Positions 37,906 through 47,731 of a stretch of DNA of 64,000 nucleotides are shown piece after piece. The DNA is from an uncultured Bacteroidota bacterium. Lineage in GTDB: Bacteria > Bacteroidota > Bacteroidia > Flavobacteriales > Flavobacteriaceae. The notes beneath the pieces are model-generated. The model ran no database searches. It was not told the origin of the DNA and worked only from the letters and a program-made list of their open reading frames with translations. The stretch covers positions 124 to 64,123 of the forward strand of contig CACJHA010000001.1 in assembly GCA_902593075.1 (NCBI GenBank). Reading direction: 5' to 3'. Numbering within the stretch: position 1 is the stretch's first letter; every line of letters begins with the position of its first letter. The position numbers and the translations under genes are program-made.

Positions 37906-39063
37906 TTAGCTTAATTTAATTTTTGATGACTCCCACCTTAAATGTCTTTTCTTAATATTTCTCTCAATTACATAATGATCTATAGTTGGAGCAAAAACAT
38001 TCATTAATAAAATTGCAAGCATTACCCCCTCAGGATATGCAGGATTAAATACTCTTATTAAAATACAGAAGACACCAACTAAAAATCCATATATCCACTT
38101 TCCAGTTTGCGTTTGAGAGGCAGAGACAGGATCTGTAGCCATAAAAACTATTCCAAAAGCAAAGCCTCCTACAACCAAATGATTTATCCAATCAAATTGC
38201 ATTAAAGGATTGATTCCCCATAGATTGAATAAAACACCTACCAAAGATGCACCTAAAATACCACCAACAATAATTCTCCAACTAGCAACACCCGTGAAAA
38301 TTAAAATAATTGCACCCACAAGAATCCATAAAGTGGACGTCTCAGCAATCGACCCAGGAATAGAACCATTAAACATTTCAGTAAAAGTGTAATCAATTTT
38401 ATTACCAGCAGCCAAAAAACCTAAAATTGTTTCACCTGAAATACCGTCTAAATTTGATGCTTCCGAGACCCAAACTTTGTTTCCAGACATGTAAGTTGGG
38501 TATGCAAAAAACGCGAAGGCCCTCGCAGTTAGGGCTGGATTTAAAATATTCATTCCTGTTCCTCCAAAGGCTTCTTTAGCTATTAAAACTGCAAAAGCAA
38601 CAGATACAGCGACCATCCATAAAGGAATATCAACAGGCATAATCATAGGTATTAGTAGACCCGTTACCAAATATCCTTCATTGACTTCATGTCCACGATA
38701 TATAGCAAAAATAAATTCAATTAATAATCCTACAGTATAGGATACAGCAATCATGGGGAGGATTTTTTTTGAACCATGGAGCATAGCATCTAAAAAGGTA
38801 AATTCAAGATTAGTTTGAATAAAATACTGATATCCAGTATTATAAATACCATAAAATAAAGCAGGCAACAAAGCTATGATAACAGTAACCATAGTTCTTT
38901 TTAAATCAACGGCATCACGAATATGTGAACCAGACTTTGTTGTGTGATTTGGAACAAAAAGGAAAGTGTCAAAAGCATTTACCGCTGGAGCGAACCTTTC
39001 GAACTTTTCACCCTCGTTAAAAGGTTTTCTAATTTTATCTAATCTTTTTCTAATAAATTCCAT
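37906..39063 (-). CDS. nqrB: Na+-NQR subunit B
   Basis: 385-aa polytopic protein with flavinylation-type motif LDGISGETILG. Confidence 0.9.
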   Translation of the reverse strand: MEFIRKRLDKIRKPFNEGEKFERFAPAVNAFDTFLFVPNHTTKSGSHIRDAVDLKRTMVTVIIALLPALFYGIYNTGYQYFIQTNLEFTFLDAMLHGSKKILPMIAVSYTVGLLIEFIFAIYRGHEVNEGYLVTGLLIPMIMPVDIPLWMVAVSVAFAVLIAKEAFGGTGMNILNPALTARAFAFFAYPTYMSGNKVWVSEASNLDGISGETILGFLAAGNKIDYTFTEMFNGSIPGSIAETSTLWILVGAIILIFTGVASWRIIVGGILGASLVGVLFNLWGINPLMQFDWINHLVVGGFAFGIVFMATDPVSASQTQTGKWIYGFLVGVFCILIRVFNPAYPEGVMLAILLMNVFAPTIDHYVIERNIKKRHLRWESSKIKLS

Positions 39064-39069
39064 AAAAAA

Positions 39070-40425
39070 TTAACTCTCTTCATTAATTATTAATTCTATT
39101 CCTTTTTTGATTATTTCCTGAGCTTCAATTTTTGAAGAACTACTAAAATCAATTAATCCAAAATCTTCTGGAACAACTTCATATATACCCAAGGCTTCCA
39201 TTCTTTCGATATCTTGGTTTAAACAAGCCTTGATTAATTGCATTGGAAAAATATCCATTGGAAAAACTTTCTCCATTTCTCCTGTAACAACCATTGCTCT
39301 TTCCTCTCCATTTAAGTTTGTACTGACTTCTAATTTTCTTTTATTTAGGAATCTCGAAAATGAGGTTTTAGAAATACTAGGAATGAAATTATCTTTAAAT
39401 GGTAACCACCCAAACATTCTGTAGTCTTTCCCTTCAGGAATGATGGTTAGTAAATTGTTGCTGTAAGACAAATAACCATCGATGTCGGTCGTTTTACCCG
39501 AATAAACATCACCATTTATCAACCTGCATTCTTTTGATTTATCAACTTCTATTTTTTTTAAAATACTAGATATAGATGTACCAATTTTGGATGTAAAATA
39601 TTGCGGATTTTTAACTGTTGGGCCAACAACAGCTACCGTTCGATCGGAACAAAACTCTCCATTTTTGAATAAAGATCCAATATTTGAAACATCCTCAGGT
39701 TTAACGGTCCATACTTTTTCACCAGGTGAAATAGGCTTGTGATTATGAATTTGAACTCCAATATTTCCAGCTGGGTGTGGTCCTTTGACTTTTAATATTG
39801 AAGCATCTTTAAATTTTTCAAAAAAACTAGGAAAATTTGAATCTACAGTTAAATAAAGGGTATGTGTTAACTTGGATAAGATACTTAAACCCAATTGAAA
39901 ATCTTCCTTTTTATTTTTTAAAATAAAATCAAAGTCAACATCTAATGGTGAAGTTGAATAAGTTGAGATGTAAATAGCTACGGGTTTGTCTTCTGGTTGA
40001 GCAATAATCCCATAAGGTCTTTGTAAAATAAAAGGCCATGATCCAGATTTTAATAGAATATCTTTGATTTCATCTGCAGAAAAGTTTTTGAAATTAGTTG
40101 TTTTAAATTTTACAGAATCATTATTGTTTTTTTGGCTAGAAATAACAACTTCAAGAATTTTTCTCTTTTGACCTCTGGATATTGCTAAAATTTCACCAGC
40201 AACTGGTGACACAAAGTGTATTCTTGGATTATTTTTTGAAAAAAATAAAGGAGTCCCTTTTTTAACTTTATCAGCTTCCCTAACCAAAAGTTTAGGTTTG
40301 AGACAGAAAAAGTCGGTTGGCTTTAAAGCAAAAGTTTTTGATCGCTCGGATTCCGATAGAATTTTATTTGCCTCTCCATTAAGGTTTAAATTAAACCCGT
40401 TTCTAATTTTTATGTCTATTGACAT
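39070..40425 (-). CDS. nqrA: Na+-NQR subunit A
   Basis: 451-aa soluble subunit and first gene of the nqrABCDEF order. N-terminus IKIRNGFNLNL.G. Confidence 0.9.
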   Translation of the reverse strand: MSIDIKIRNGFNLNLNGEANKILSESERSKTFALKPTDFFCLKPKLLVREADKVKKGTPLFFSKNNPRIHFVSPVAGEILAISRGQKRKILEVVISSQKNNNDSVKFKTTNFKNFSADEIKDILLKSGSWPFILQRPYGIIAQPEDKPVAIYISTYSTSPLDVDFDFILKNKKEDFQLGLSILSKLTHTLYLTVDSNFPSFFEKFKDASILKVKGPHPAGNIGVQIHNHKPISPGEKVWTVKPEDVSNIGSLFKNGEFCSDRTVAVVGPTVKNPQYFTSKIGTSISSILKKIEVDKSKECRLINGDVYSGKTTDIDGYLSYSNNLLTIIPEGKDYRMFGWLPFKDNFIPSISKTSFSRFLNKRKLEVSTNLNGEERAMVVTGEMEKVFPMDIFPMQLIKACLNQDIERMEALGIYEVVPEDFGLIDFSSSSKIEAQEIIKKGIELIINEES

Positions 40426-40634
40426 ATTCTACTATTTAATTCAAATCGGTCGTAAATTTAATAATTTAATATATCTATTGAAAGATATTTTTAAACTAAA
40501 TTATATAATTTTCTTATAGTTAATAAAGCATCTAAGATAAACAAGAAATTAACATTTATTAGAGTTGATTTTATATATTAGTTAAATGAAAATTAAGGTA
40601 TATTTTTTGTCATTTTTTTTGTTCATTCACATTC

Positions 40635-41831
40635 GTGTTTTCAAAATCAAAAAAAACTTTAGAAAAAAATCCATTCATCAAAACAATAATCTTTTCTGGT
40701 GGATCTCTTAATTCTCAATTCCCAATAATAAAAATGAATGAAACACTATTTCTATCTTTTGATGACATTAGTGGTGAGGAAAATTTTTATTACTACAAAA
40801 TTACTCATTGTGATTTTAATTGGAATAGAAGTAAACTTTTAAAATCAGAATACTTAGATGGAAATGATAATAATTTAATCGAAAATACTGAAAGTTCTTA
40901 TGGAACTCTTCAAAGATACACAAACTATAAATTGTCACTCCCCAATAATGATGTGAGTTTTAAAATTTCAGGGAACTTTTTATTAGAGATTTTAGACGCA
41001 GATGATAATATAATTCTAGAAAGAAAATTTTTAATACTAAATCAAAAGGTAAGTGTAGATTTAAATATTTATCCTTCTCAAAATAAAGACAGGTTTTATA
41101 CCCATCAAAATGTTCAATTTATTATCAATACTAGCAGATATCAAATTAGAAATCCAAATAATGATATAAAAATTGTCATTCTTCAAAATGATCAGTGGGA
41201 TAACTCGAAAACAATTTTAAAACCACAATTCATTGAAAAAGATAGGCTTGTGTATAGATACGATGAAGAATCAGAATTTGAAGGAGGAAATGAATATCTT
41301 TTTTTCGATACAAAAGATTTAAGATCAACTAATCAAAACATCAGTTTTGTAAGAAAAGAGGATGTTTATCAACATTTTTTATTTACTGACAATCCAAGAA
41401 GCAATTTAAATTATTCAAATTATTCTGATATAAATGGAAATTTTATTCCTAGCACAACTCTAGGTGAAAATTCTAACAATGAATCCGATTACAGTATAGT
41501 TTACTTTAGCCTAGCTAAACAATTAGAAATTGATAACTCAAAAATTTATATCTATGGAAAATTTAACAACTATGAGTTAAATGAAGAAAATGAAATGATT
41601 TATAATCCAAGTTTGGAGACCTTTGAAGGCATTTTATTGCTTAAGCAAGGGTTTTATAATTATAAATATATCATCAAAAAAAATAATGTGGTTTCTAAAA
41701 ATCAAATTTCAGGTTCATTTTTTCAAACTGAAAATAGTTACACGGTTATAGTATACAAAAAAGGGTTTGAGGATTTATATGATATGCTAATTGGAGTTGG
41801 TCGAATAAATTCGTTCGAACTCAAATATTAA
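40635..41831 (+). CDS. DUF5103 / type IX secretion plug-like protein (5' end uncertain; a signal peptide appears to be in another frame)
   Basis: 398 aa from a GTG with no signal peptide. The ATG at 40586 encodes MKIKVYFLSFF... in a different frame, separated by T8 and A8 homopolymers. The family call is from memory of DUF5103 proteins (IKTI...PII.L...L.LSFDD). Confidence 0.6.
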   Translation: MFSKSKKTLEKNPFIKTIIFSGGSLNSQFPIIKMNETLFLSFDDISGEENFYYYKITHCDFNWNRSKLLKSEYLDGNDNNLIENTESSYGTLQRYTNYKLSLPNNDVSFKISGNFLLEILDADDNIILERKFLILNQKVSVDLNIYPSQNKDRFYTHQNVQFIINTSRYQIRNPNNDIKIVILQNDQWDNSKTILKPQFIEKDRLVYRYDEESEFEGGNEYLFFDTKDLRSTNQNISFVRKEDVYQHFLFTDNPRSNLNYSNYSDINGNFIPSTTLGENSNNESDYSIVYFSLAKQLEIDNSKIYIYGKFNNYELNEENEMIYNPSLETFEGILLLKQGFYNYKYIIKKNNVVSKNQISGSFFQTENSYTVIVYKKGFEDLYDMLIGVGRINSFELKY

Positions 41832-41895
41832 TCATAGATTTATTTCTTCTTTTTTGAAACGTTTTTTTTAGTTAACTTGGAGTAAGATTAATTTT

Positions 41896-42282
41896 ATGTT
41901 TCAACAAATAACAAAAGGTATCAGAATTTCAGTAGTTACAGAATATAATGGGGACTTCTTAAATAATGGGTTAATTAATTACGCCTTTACCTATACAATT
42001 AAAATAGAAAATCAAAGTAATGATGTTGTTCAATTAATCAATAGAAATTGGAAAATATTACAAACAAATAGAAGACCTTACTTTGTTGAAGGAGATGGTG
42101 TAATTGGGCAAAAACCTATTTTGAAATCAGGTGTTTCTCATACTTACAGCTCCAATTGTATGTTAACATCACCTATTGGATCAATGAGTGGGTTCTACAC
42201 TATGATTAATTTTTCTACTGCTAAAGAATTTGAGGTTGAAATACCAGTTTTTGATTTAGCAGCAACCTTCACACTAAATTAA
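41896..42282 (+). CDS. apaG: ApaG (DUF525) protein
   Basis: 128 aa: FTYTIKIEN, W.I, GVIGQKP and GFY.M. Confidence 0.88.
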   Translation: MFQQITKGIRISVVTEYNGDFLNNGLINYAFTYTIKIENQSNDVVQLINRNWKILQTNRRPYFVEGDGVIGQKPILKSGVSHTYSSNCMLTSPIGSMSGFYTMINFSTAKEFEVEIPVFDLAATFTLN

Positions 42283-42292
42283 AATTTAAATA

Positions 42293-43918
42293 ATGAAAAA
42301 TAGTTTTATTAAAAGCCCAAGGGTAGAAAATGAACAGGTGCTTTTATATGCACCAGGAAGTAAAGAAAGGGAGGAGGTCTTGAAAGCATATGATGATCTT
42401 TACAATACAAAAATCGATATAAAACTTAAAATTGATGGAAGAGAAATAGATACTAAAGAGAAAAATAATATGTATCCCCCTCATAATCACAACCACAACC
42501 TAGGTACATACTCAATAGCGAATAAAGAGTATGTTGATTTAGCTATTAAAAGCGCATTAACAGCAAAAGAAAAATGGAATGATTTAGGATTTTCAGAAAG
42601 AGCAAGTATTTTTTTAAAAGCGGCTGAACTTATTTGTGGACCTTATAGAAAAATAATAAACGCATCTACTATGATTGCCCAATCAAAAACAATTCACCAG
42701 GCAGAAATAGATGCAGCTTGCGAATTTGCAGATTTTTTAAGATTTAATGTAAAATTTGCTGAAGAAATATATAGTGAACAACCCGTTTCTTCTGATGGAA
42801 CTTGGAACAAATTATCATATCGCCCATTGGAAGGATTTGTTTATGCAATTAGTCCATTTAATTTTACCGCAATAGGCGGAAATTTATGTGCAGCTCCAGC
42901 CTTAATGGGAAACACTATTGTTTGGAAACCAAGTGATTATCAAATTTTTTCCGCAAAAGTGACTATGGATATATTTGAGGAAGCCGGTCTTCCAGATGGA
43001 GTTATAAATATGATTTTTGGTGATCCAGAAATGATTACAAATCAGGTCTTGTCCTCAAATGAGTTTGCTGGTATCCATTTTACTGGGTCTACTTCAGTAT
43101 TTAAAAATATTTGGAAAAAAGTAGGGAATAATATTGAGCTTTATAAAAATTACCCCAGGATAGTAGGAGAAACTGGTGGAAAAGACTTTATAATGGTTCA
43201 TCCATCTGCAAATGTTAAAGAAGTTTCAACAGCTATAATTCGTGGAGCATTTGAATTTCAAGGCCAAAAGTGTTCTGCAGCATCAAGGGTTTATCTTCCA
43301 AAATCAATTGAAAATGAGGTTTTGGATATTATTGGAAGTAAATTAAGTGAAATCAAAATGGGGTCTCCAAATGATTTTCAAAATTTTATAACAGCTGTAA
43401 TTCATAGGGACTCCTTTGAAAGACTAAAAAATACAATTAAAGATGCAAAATCTTCAAAAGAGGTTACAGTTTTATATGGTGGAAATTGTGATGATTCGGT
43501 TGGTTATTTTGTTGAACCCACAGTTTTGGTTACAAAAGATCCAAAGTATATTACAATGGAAAAAGAATTATTTGGACCTATTGTGACAATTTATGTTTAT
43601 GACGACAAAGATTATAGTAAGATCTTAAAGCTTGTTGATACAACTTCAGAGTATGCATTAACAGGTGCAATTTTTGCGAAAGATAGATATGCTATTAAAG
43701 AAGCTTTACACAAATTAGAAAACTCTGCTGGAAATTTCTATATTAATGATAAACCTAGTGGAGCTGTTGTAGGTCAGCAACCATTTGGAGGAGCGAGAGC
43801 TTCAGGAACGAATGATAAAGCTGGTTCAAAATTAAATTTACTACGATGGGTTTCTCCAAGACTTATAAAGGAACCTTTACTGACTCCAAAGGACTACAAA
43901 TATCCGTTCTTGACATAA
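42293..43918 (+). CDS. pruA: L-glutamate gamma-semialdehyde (1-pyrroline-5-carboxylate) dehydrogenase
   Basis: 541-aa aldehyde dehydrogenase with the blocks VGETGGKDF and FEFQGQKCSAASR (catalytic Cys). The N-terminus is typical of PruA. Confidence 0.88.
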   Translation: MKNSFIKSPRVENEQVLLYAPGSKEREEVLKAYDDLYNTKIDIKLKIDGREIDTKEKNNMYPPHNHNHNLGTYSIANKEYVDLAIKSALTAKEKWNDLGFSERASIFLKAAELICGPYRKIINASTMIAQSKTIHQAEIDAACEFADFLRFNVKFAEEIYSEQPVSSDGTWNKLSYRPLEGFVYAISPFNFTAIGGNLCAAPALMGNTIVWKPSDYQIFSAKVTMDIFEEAGLPDGVINMIFGDPEMITNQVLSSNEFAGIHFTGSTSVFKNIWKKVGNNIELYKNYPRIVGETGGKDFIMVHPSANVKEVSTAIIRGAFEFQGQKCSAASRVYLPKSIENEVLDIIGSKLSEIKMGSPNDFQNFITAVIHRDSFERLKNTIKDAKSSKEVTVLYGGNCDDSVGYFVEPTVLVTKDPKYITMEKELFGPIVTIYVYDDKDYSKILKLVDTTSEYALTGAIFAKDRYAIKEALHKLENSAGNFYINDKPSGAVVGQQPFGGARASGTNDKAGSKLNLLRWVSPRLIKEPLLTPKDYKYPFLT

Positions 43919-43921
43919 ATA

Positions 43922-44536
43922 TTAAAAATCATGTTGTGGTATATATATAATTTTTTTTGTTTCAAAGAAATTTGATTTAAACTTATTTTTTAATCTATAT
44001 ATCCTAATATTTGGAAATCTTTCCTCTTCATAGGCAAGTTCACCACCTTTTAAATAAATTATTCCAGATTCATCTTTTTGGATTAAAATATTTTTTTTTA
44101 CAAGTGGAACAAATTTTTCCATTTTTGTGACGGCACGGCCTAAAACAAAATCAAATTTAGATTTTAAATTTTTTACGTCTCCGACAATAGTCTTGATATT
44201 TTTAATTTTTAAATCTTCTTTAATGGAGTCTATAACTTTTATTTTCTTTTCAGTTCTGTCAATTAACGTAAATTCAACTTCAGGAAAAAATATAGCAAGG
44301 GGTATACCTGGGAAACCACCACCTGTTCCCACGTCTAATATTTTTGTTTTGGATTTAAATTTAAAAAAAAATGTAATCGCCAAAGAATAAGAAATATGTC
44401 TTTCAAATAAAAAATCTGTATCCTTCCTCGAAATTAAATTTACTTTATTGTTCCAATTTTTAAATAATTTTTCAAACAACAGAAACTTGTCAATTTGTGA
44501 TTTTGATAGGACAGGAAATTTTTTTTTAAGTTCCAC
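43922..44536 (-). CDS. rsmG: 16S rRNA (guanine527-N7)-methyltransferase
   Basis: 204 aa: ILDVGTGGGFPGIPLAI and RAV. Confidence 0.9.
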   Translation of the reverse strand: MELKKKFPVLSKSQIDKFLLFEKLFKNWNNKVNLISRKDTDFLFERHISYSLAITFFFKFKSKTKILDVGTGGGFPGIPLAIFFPEVEFTLIDRTEKKIKVIDSIKEDLKIKNIKTIVGDVKNLKSKFDFVLGRAVTKMEKFVPLVKKNILIQKDESGIIYLKGGELAYEEERFPNIRIYRLKNKFKSNFFETKKIIYIPQHDF

Positions 44537-44592
44537 AAATTTTGAAACAATTAATTTATTTTTACATTTTTAAATTTACAAACTTAACCATA

Positions 44593-45783
44593 ATGAATAA
44601 ACTTTCAGAACGAATTGAAAATTTGCCAGCTTCAGCTACCCTTGCTATGGCATCCAAAGCTAGAGAATTAAAAAATAGCGGAGTAGATGTAATAAGTTTA
44701 AGTCTAGGTGAACCTGACTTTAATACACCAGATTTTATAAAAGAAGCAGCTATAAAAGCTATTGAACAAAATTATCATTCATATCCTCCTGTAGATGGAT
44801 ATATAGAATTAAAAAAAGCAATTTGTGAAAAATTTAAAAGAGACAATAGTTTAAATTATGAACCATCTCAAATTGTAGTATCTACAGGAGCTAAGCAATC
44901 CATAGCTAACGTTTGTATGGCTCTTTTAAACAAAGGAGATGAGGTTTTACTACCTGCTCCATATTGGGTCAGCTACTCTGCAATTGTCTCTTTGTCCGAG
45001 GCAAAATTCAAAATCATTCCAACTACAATGGAAAATGGTTTTAAAATAACCCCAGCTCAGTTAAAATCAGAATTGACATCTAGAACTAAATTAATAATGT
45101 TCAATTCACCAAATAATCCTAGTGGAATAGTTTACTCTGAAAAAGAATTAAATGAATTTGCTAAAATACTTGAAGACTATCCTTACACTTATATTCTATC
45201 AGATGAAATATACGAACATATTATTTATGGAGAAAAACACTTTAGTTTTGCCAACCTTCCTAATATGTTCGGTAGAACTATAACTGTAAATGGACTCGCA
45301 AAAGCATTTTCTATGACAGGGTGGAGGATTGGATATATTGGGGCACCAGAATTTATTGCTAAAGCTTGTAACAAATTTCAAGGTCAAATTACGAGCGGAG
45401 CAAATTGTATAGCTCAAAGATCGGCAATTACCGCCCTTACAGCTCCAGTGTCAAAAATAAAGTATATGATTGATGAATTTAATTCTAGGAAAGAGTTAAT
45501 TTTTGATTTGATTTCAAAAATTCATGGATTTAAGCTTTTAAAACCATCAGGAGCCTTTTATCTCTTCCCAGATATTTCATTTTATTTTGGAAAAGAAATA
45601 AGAGGTAAAATAATTAACGACGCAAACGATTTTGCAATGATAATTCTAGAAGAAGCAAATGTAGCTACAGTTTCTGGGGATTCATTTGGAAATAAAAATT
45701 GCTTACGAATTTCATATGCAGCTTCAAAAGAAGAAATAATAGAAGCTGTTTCTAGGATTAAAAATCTTTTATCAAAGAACTAA
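44593..45783 (+). CDS. Aspartate/aromatic-type class I PLP aminotransferase
   Basis: The ATG at 44593 (MNKLSERIENLPASATLAM...) is preferred over the track TTG at 44542. Motifs: LSLGEPDF, SNPNNPSG and the PLP-Lys block NGLAKAFSMTGWRIGY. Confidence 0.88.
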   Translation: MNKLSERIENLPASATLAMASKARELKNSGVDVISLSLGEPDFNTPDFIKEAAIKAIEQNYHSYPPVDGYIELKKAICEKFKRDNSLNYEPSQIVVSTGAKQSIANVCMALLNKGDEVLLPAPYWVSYSAIVSLSEAKFKIIPTTMENGFKITPAQLKSELTSRTKLIMFNSPNNPSGIVYSEKELNEFAKILEDYPYTYILSDEIYEHIIYGEKHFSFANLPNMFGRTITVNGLAKAFSMTGWRIGYIGAPEFIAKACNKFQGQITSGANCIAQRSAITALTAPVSKIKYMIDEFNSRKELIFDLISKIHGFKLLKPSGAFYLFPDISFYFGKEIRGKIINDANDFAMIILEEANVATVSGDSFGNKNCLRISYAASKEEIIEAVSRIKNLLSKN

Positions 45784-45784
45784 A

Positions 45785-46867
45785 TCATTTAACAATTTCT
45801 TTTTCCTGATGATTTATTGATTCTTGATGTATTGCTTTGAATAATTTTAGCACAAATTCTTCAGATAATCCGTGGTTTTCACCATCAAGTACCATTTTAC
45901 CGAGTATTTCATTCCATCTTTTGTTCTGAAGAACAGCAACATTATTTTTCTTTTTCAACTTTCCTATAGAATCAGAAATTCTCATTCTTTCTCCTAGAAT
46001 TTGAAGTAGATTTTGGTCAGCGATATCAATTTGTGTCCTTAAATTATCTAATTCATTAACATAGTCCTTCTGTTCAATCGTTGTATTCCGCATTTTTAAA
46101 TCTTTCATTATTTGTATCAGTCGATTTGGAGTTACCTGTTGTGCAGCGTCACTCCATGCGTTATCAGGGTCTATATGTGTTTCGATCATCAAACCATCAA
46201 AGTTAAGGTCCAATGCCATTTGACTGAGATCAAATATCAAGTCTCTTCGACCTGAAATATGAGATGGATCGCAAATAATTGGAATATCAGGGAATTTATT
46301 TTTTGTCTCAATAGCAATTTGCCATTCAGGGTTATTTCTGTACTTCGATTTTCCTTGAGATGAAAAACCTCTATGAATAAGACCTAACCTAGTTATATTT
46401 GCCGACTGAAGCCTTTCAATAGCACCCAGCCAAAGTGAAAGGTCGGGGTTGACCGGATTTTTCACAAGAACTATTTTGTCAGTCCCATTTAACGAATCTG
46501 CAATTTCTTGAACTATAAAAGGACTAACTGTTGATCTGGCTCCAATCCATAACACGTCAATATCATGATCTAATGCTAATTTTACATGGTCTTTATTAGC
46601 AACCTCAGTAGCTGTCAAAAGCTCAGTTTCTTTTTTAACCCTCTGAAGCCATTTTAAACCTATGGATCCAACACCTTCAAAATTACCAGGTCTAGTTCTA
46701 GGTTTCCAAATCCCAGCTCTGTATACTGTAACGTCTGTTTTCTTTAATTGATTAGCTATTTTTAAAACCTGTTCTTCAGTTTCAGCACTGCAAGGACCCG
46801 CAATAACAAGTGGGTGGGATAAATTAAATTTTTTTAACCAATCGTTTGTTTTTGTTTTTCTTTCCAT
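45785..46867 (-). CDS. aroG: Bifunctional 3-deoxy-7-phosphoheptulonate synthase (type I-beta) / chorismate mutase
   Basis: 360 aa with a KDO8P/DAHP-synthase-like TIM barrel (GPCSAE, CDPSH). The C-terminal ~90 aa form an AroQ chorismate mutase (LRTQIDIADQNLLQILGERMRIS...). Confidence 0.88.
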   Translation of the reverse strand: MERKTKTNDWLKKFNLSHPLVIAGPCSAETEEQVLKIANQLKKTDVTVYRAGIWKPRTRPGNFEGVGSIGLKWLQRVKKETELLTATEVANKDHVKLALDHDIDVLWIGARSTVSPFIVQEIADSLNGTDKIVLVKNPVNPDLSLWLGAIERLQSANITRLGLIHRGFSSQGKSKYRNNPEWQIAIETKNKFPDIPIICDPSHISGRRDLIFDLSQMALDLNFDGLMIETHIDPDNAWSDAAQQVTPNRLIQIMKDLKMRNTTIEQKDYVNELDNLRTQIDIADQNLLQILGERMRISDSIGKLKKKNNVAVLQNKRWNEILGKMVLDGENHGLSEEFVLKLFKAIHQESINHQEKEIVK

Positions 46868-46873
46868 TTCGAT

Positions 46874-47731
46874 TTAATTTTTAGGTTTAATTGTATCAAG
46901 TATTTTCTTTAGTTTATTTGTTTTAATCATTTGACTTTTTAAATCAGTATAATTTTCATTTTGAATTTTTAACCGAAATTGTTTTAGGTTTTCAACATAT
47001 GCATCCAAAATTTCCAGTATATTTTCCCTATTGTCTTTAAAAATAGATGTCCACATTTCAGGGGAACTTTTTGCTAATCTTACAGTAGATTCAAATCCAC
47101 TTCCAGCAAAATCTAATATATTTTGATTATTTTTTTCAGATTCCATAACTGTCTTACCAAGCATGAAAGAGCTTATATGAGACAAGTGCGAAACTATTGC
47201 CATTTTTTTGTCATGTTCTTCTGGGTTCATATATCTAATTTTCATACCCATAGAATTAAAAATTGATTCAGCCCATTGCAGTAAATCAGGTCTTGTCTTA
47301 CTAGTTTCACAAAGAATCTGAATTTTTCCATTGAAGAGATTTTTTATACTTGCCTCAGGGCCAGAAAATTCATTACCCGCTATTGGGTGAGTGGCTAAAA
47401 ATTGGTCTCTCTTAGGATGTTTTTCCACTGATTTACACAAACTAAATTTTGTAGAACCAACATCCCATACTAGAGCATCTTTATTCAAATTGTCAAGAAT
47501 AAAAGGTAAAAGCTTTAAGCTTTCACTTACAGGAACAGATAAAATCACCCTATCAGCGCTATTTAAATTTTCTAAACTATCAATATTATCGATAACTCCA
47601 ATATTCTTTGCATATTCAATGTTTATCTCATTTTTATCAATTCCGTGTATTTGAATTTTATCCAAAAGATTCCTTAAATCTTTCGACATAGACCCTCCTA
47701 TTAGACCGGTTCCAATTAAAAATAATTTCAT
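46874..47731 (-). CDS. tyrA: Prephenate (or arogenate) dehydrogenase
   Basis: 285 aa with Rossmann motif LIGTGLIGGS, plus HPIAG and SHLSH. Confidence 0.88.
   Translation of the reverse strand: MKLFLIGTGLIGGSMSKDLRNLLDKIQIHGIDKNEINIEYAKNIGVIDNIDSLENLNSADRVILSVPVSESLKLLPFILDNLNKDALVWDVGSTKFSLCKSVEKHPKRDQFLATHPIAGNEFSGPEASIKNLFNGKIQILCETSKTRPDLLQWAESIFNSMGMKIRYMNPEEHDKKMAIVSHLSHISSFMLGKTVMESEKNNQNILDFAGSGFESTVRLAKSSPEMWTSIFKDNRENILEILDAYVENLKQFRLKIQNENYTDLKSQMIKTNKLKKILDTIKPKN

Noticed and set aside
40586-40711. 41-aa ORF (MKIKVYFLSFFLFIHIRVFKIKKNF...) as a stand-alone small gene
   Set aside because: It looks like a signal peptide followed by frame-shifted sequence of the downstream DUF5103 gene. 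It is treated as part of that gene's 5'-end problem rather than as an independent protein.
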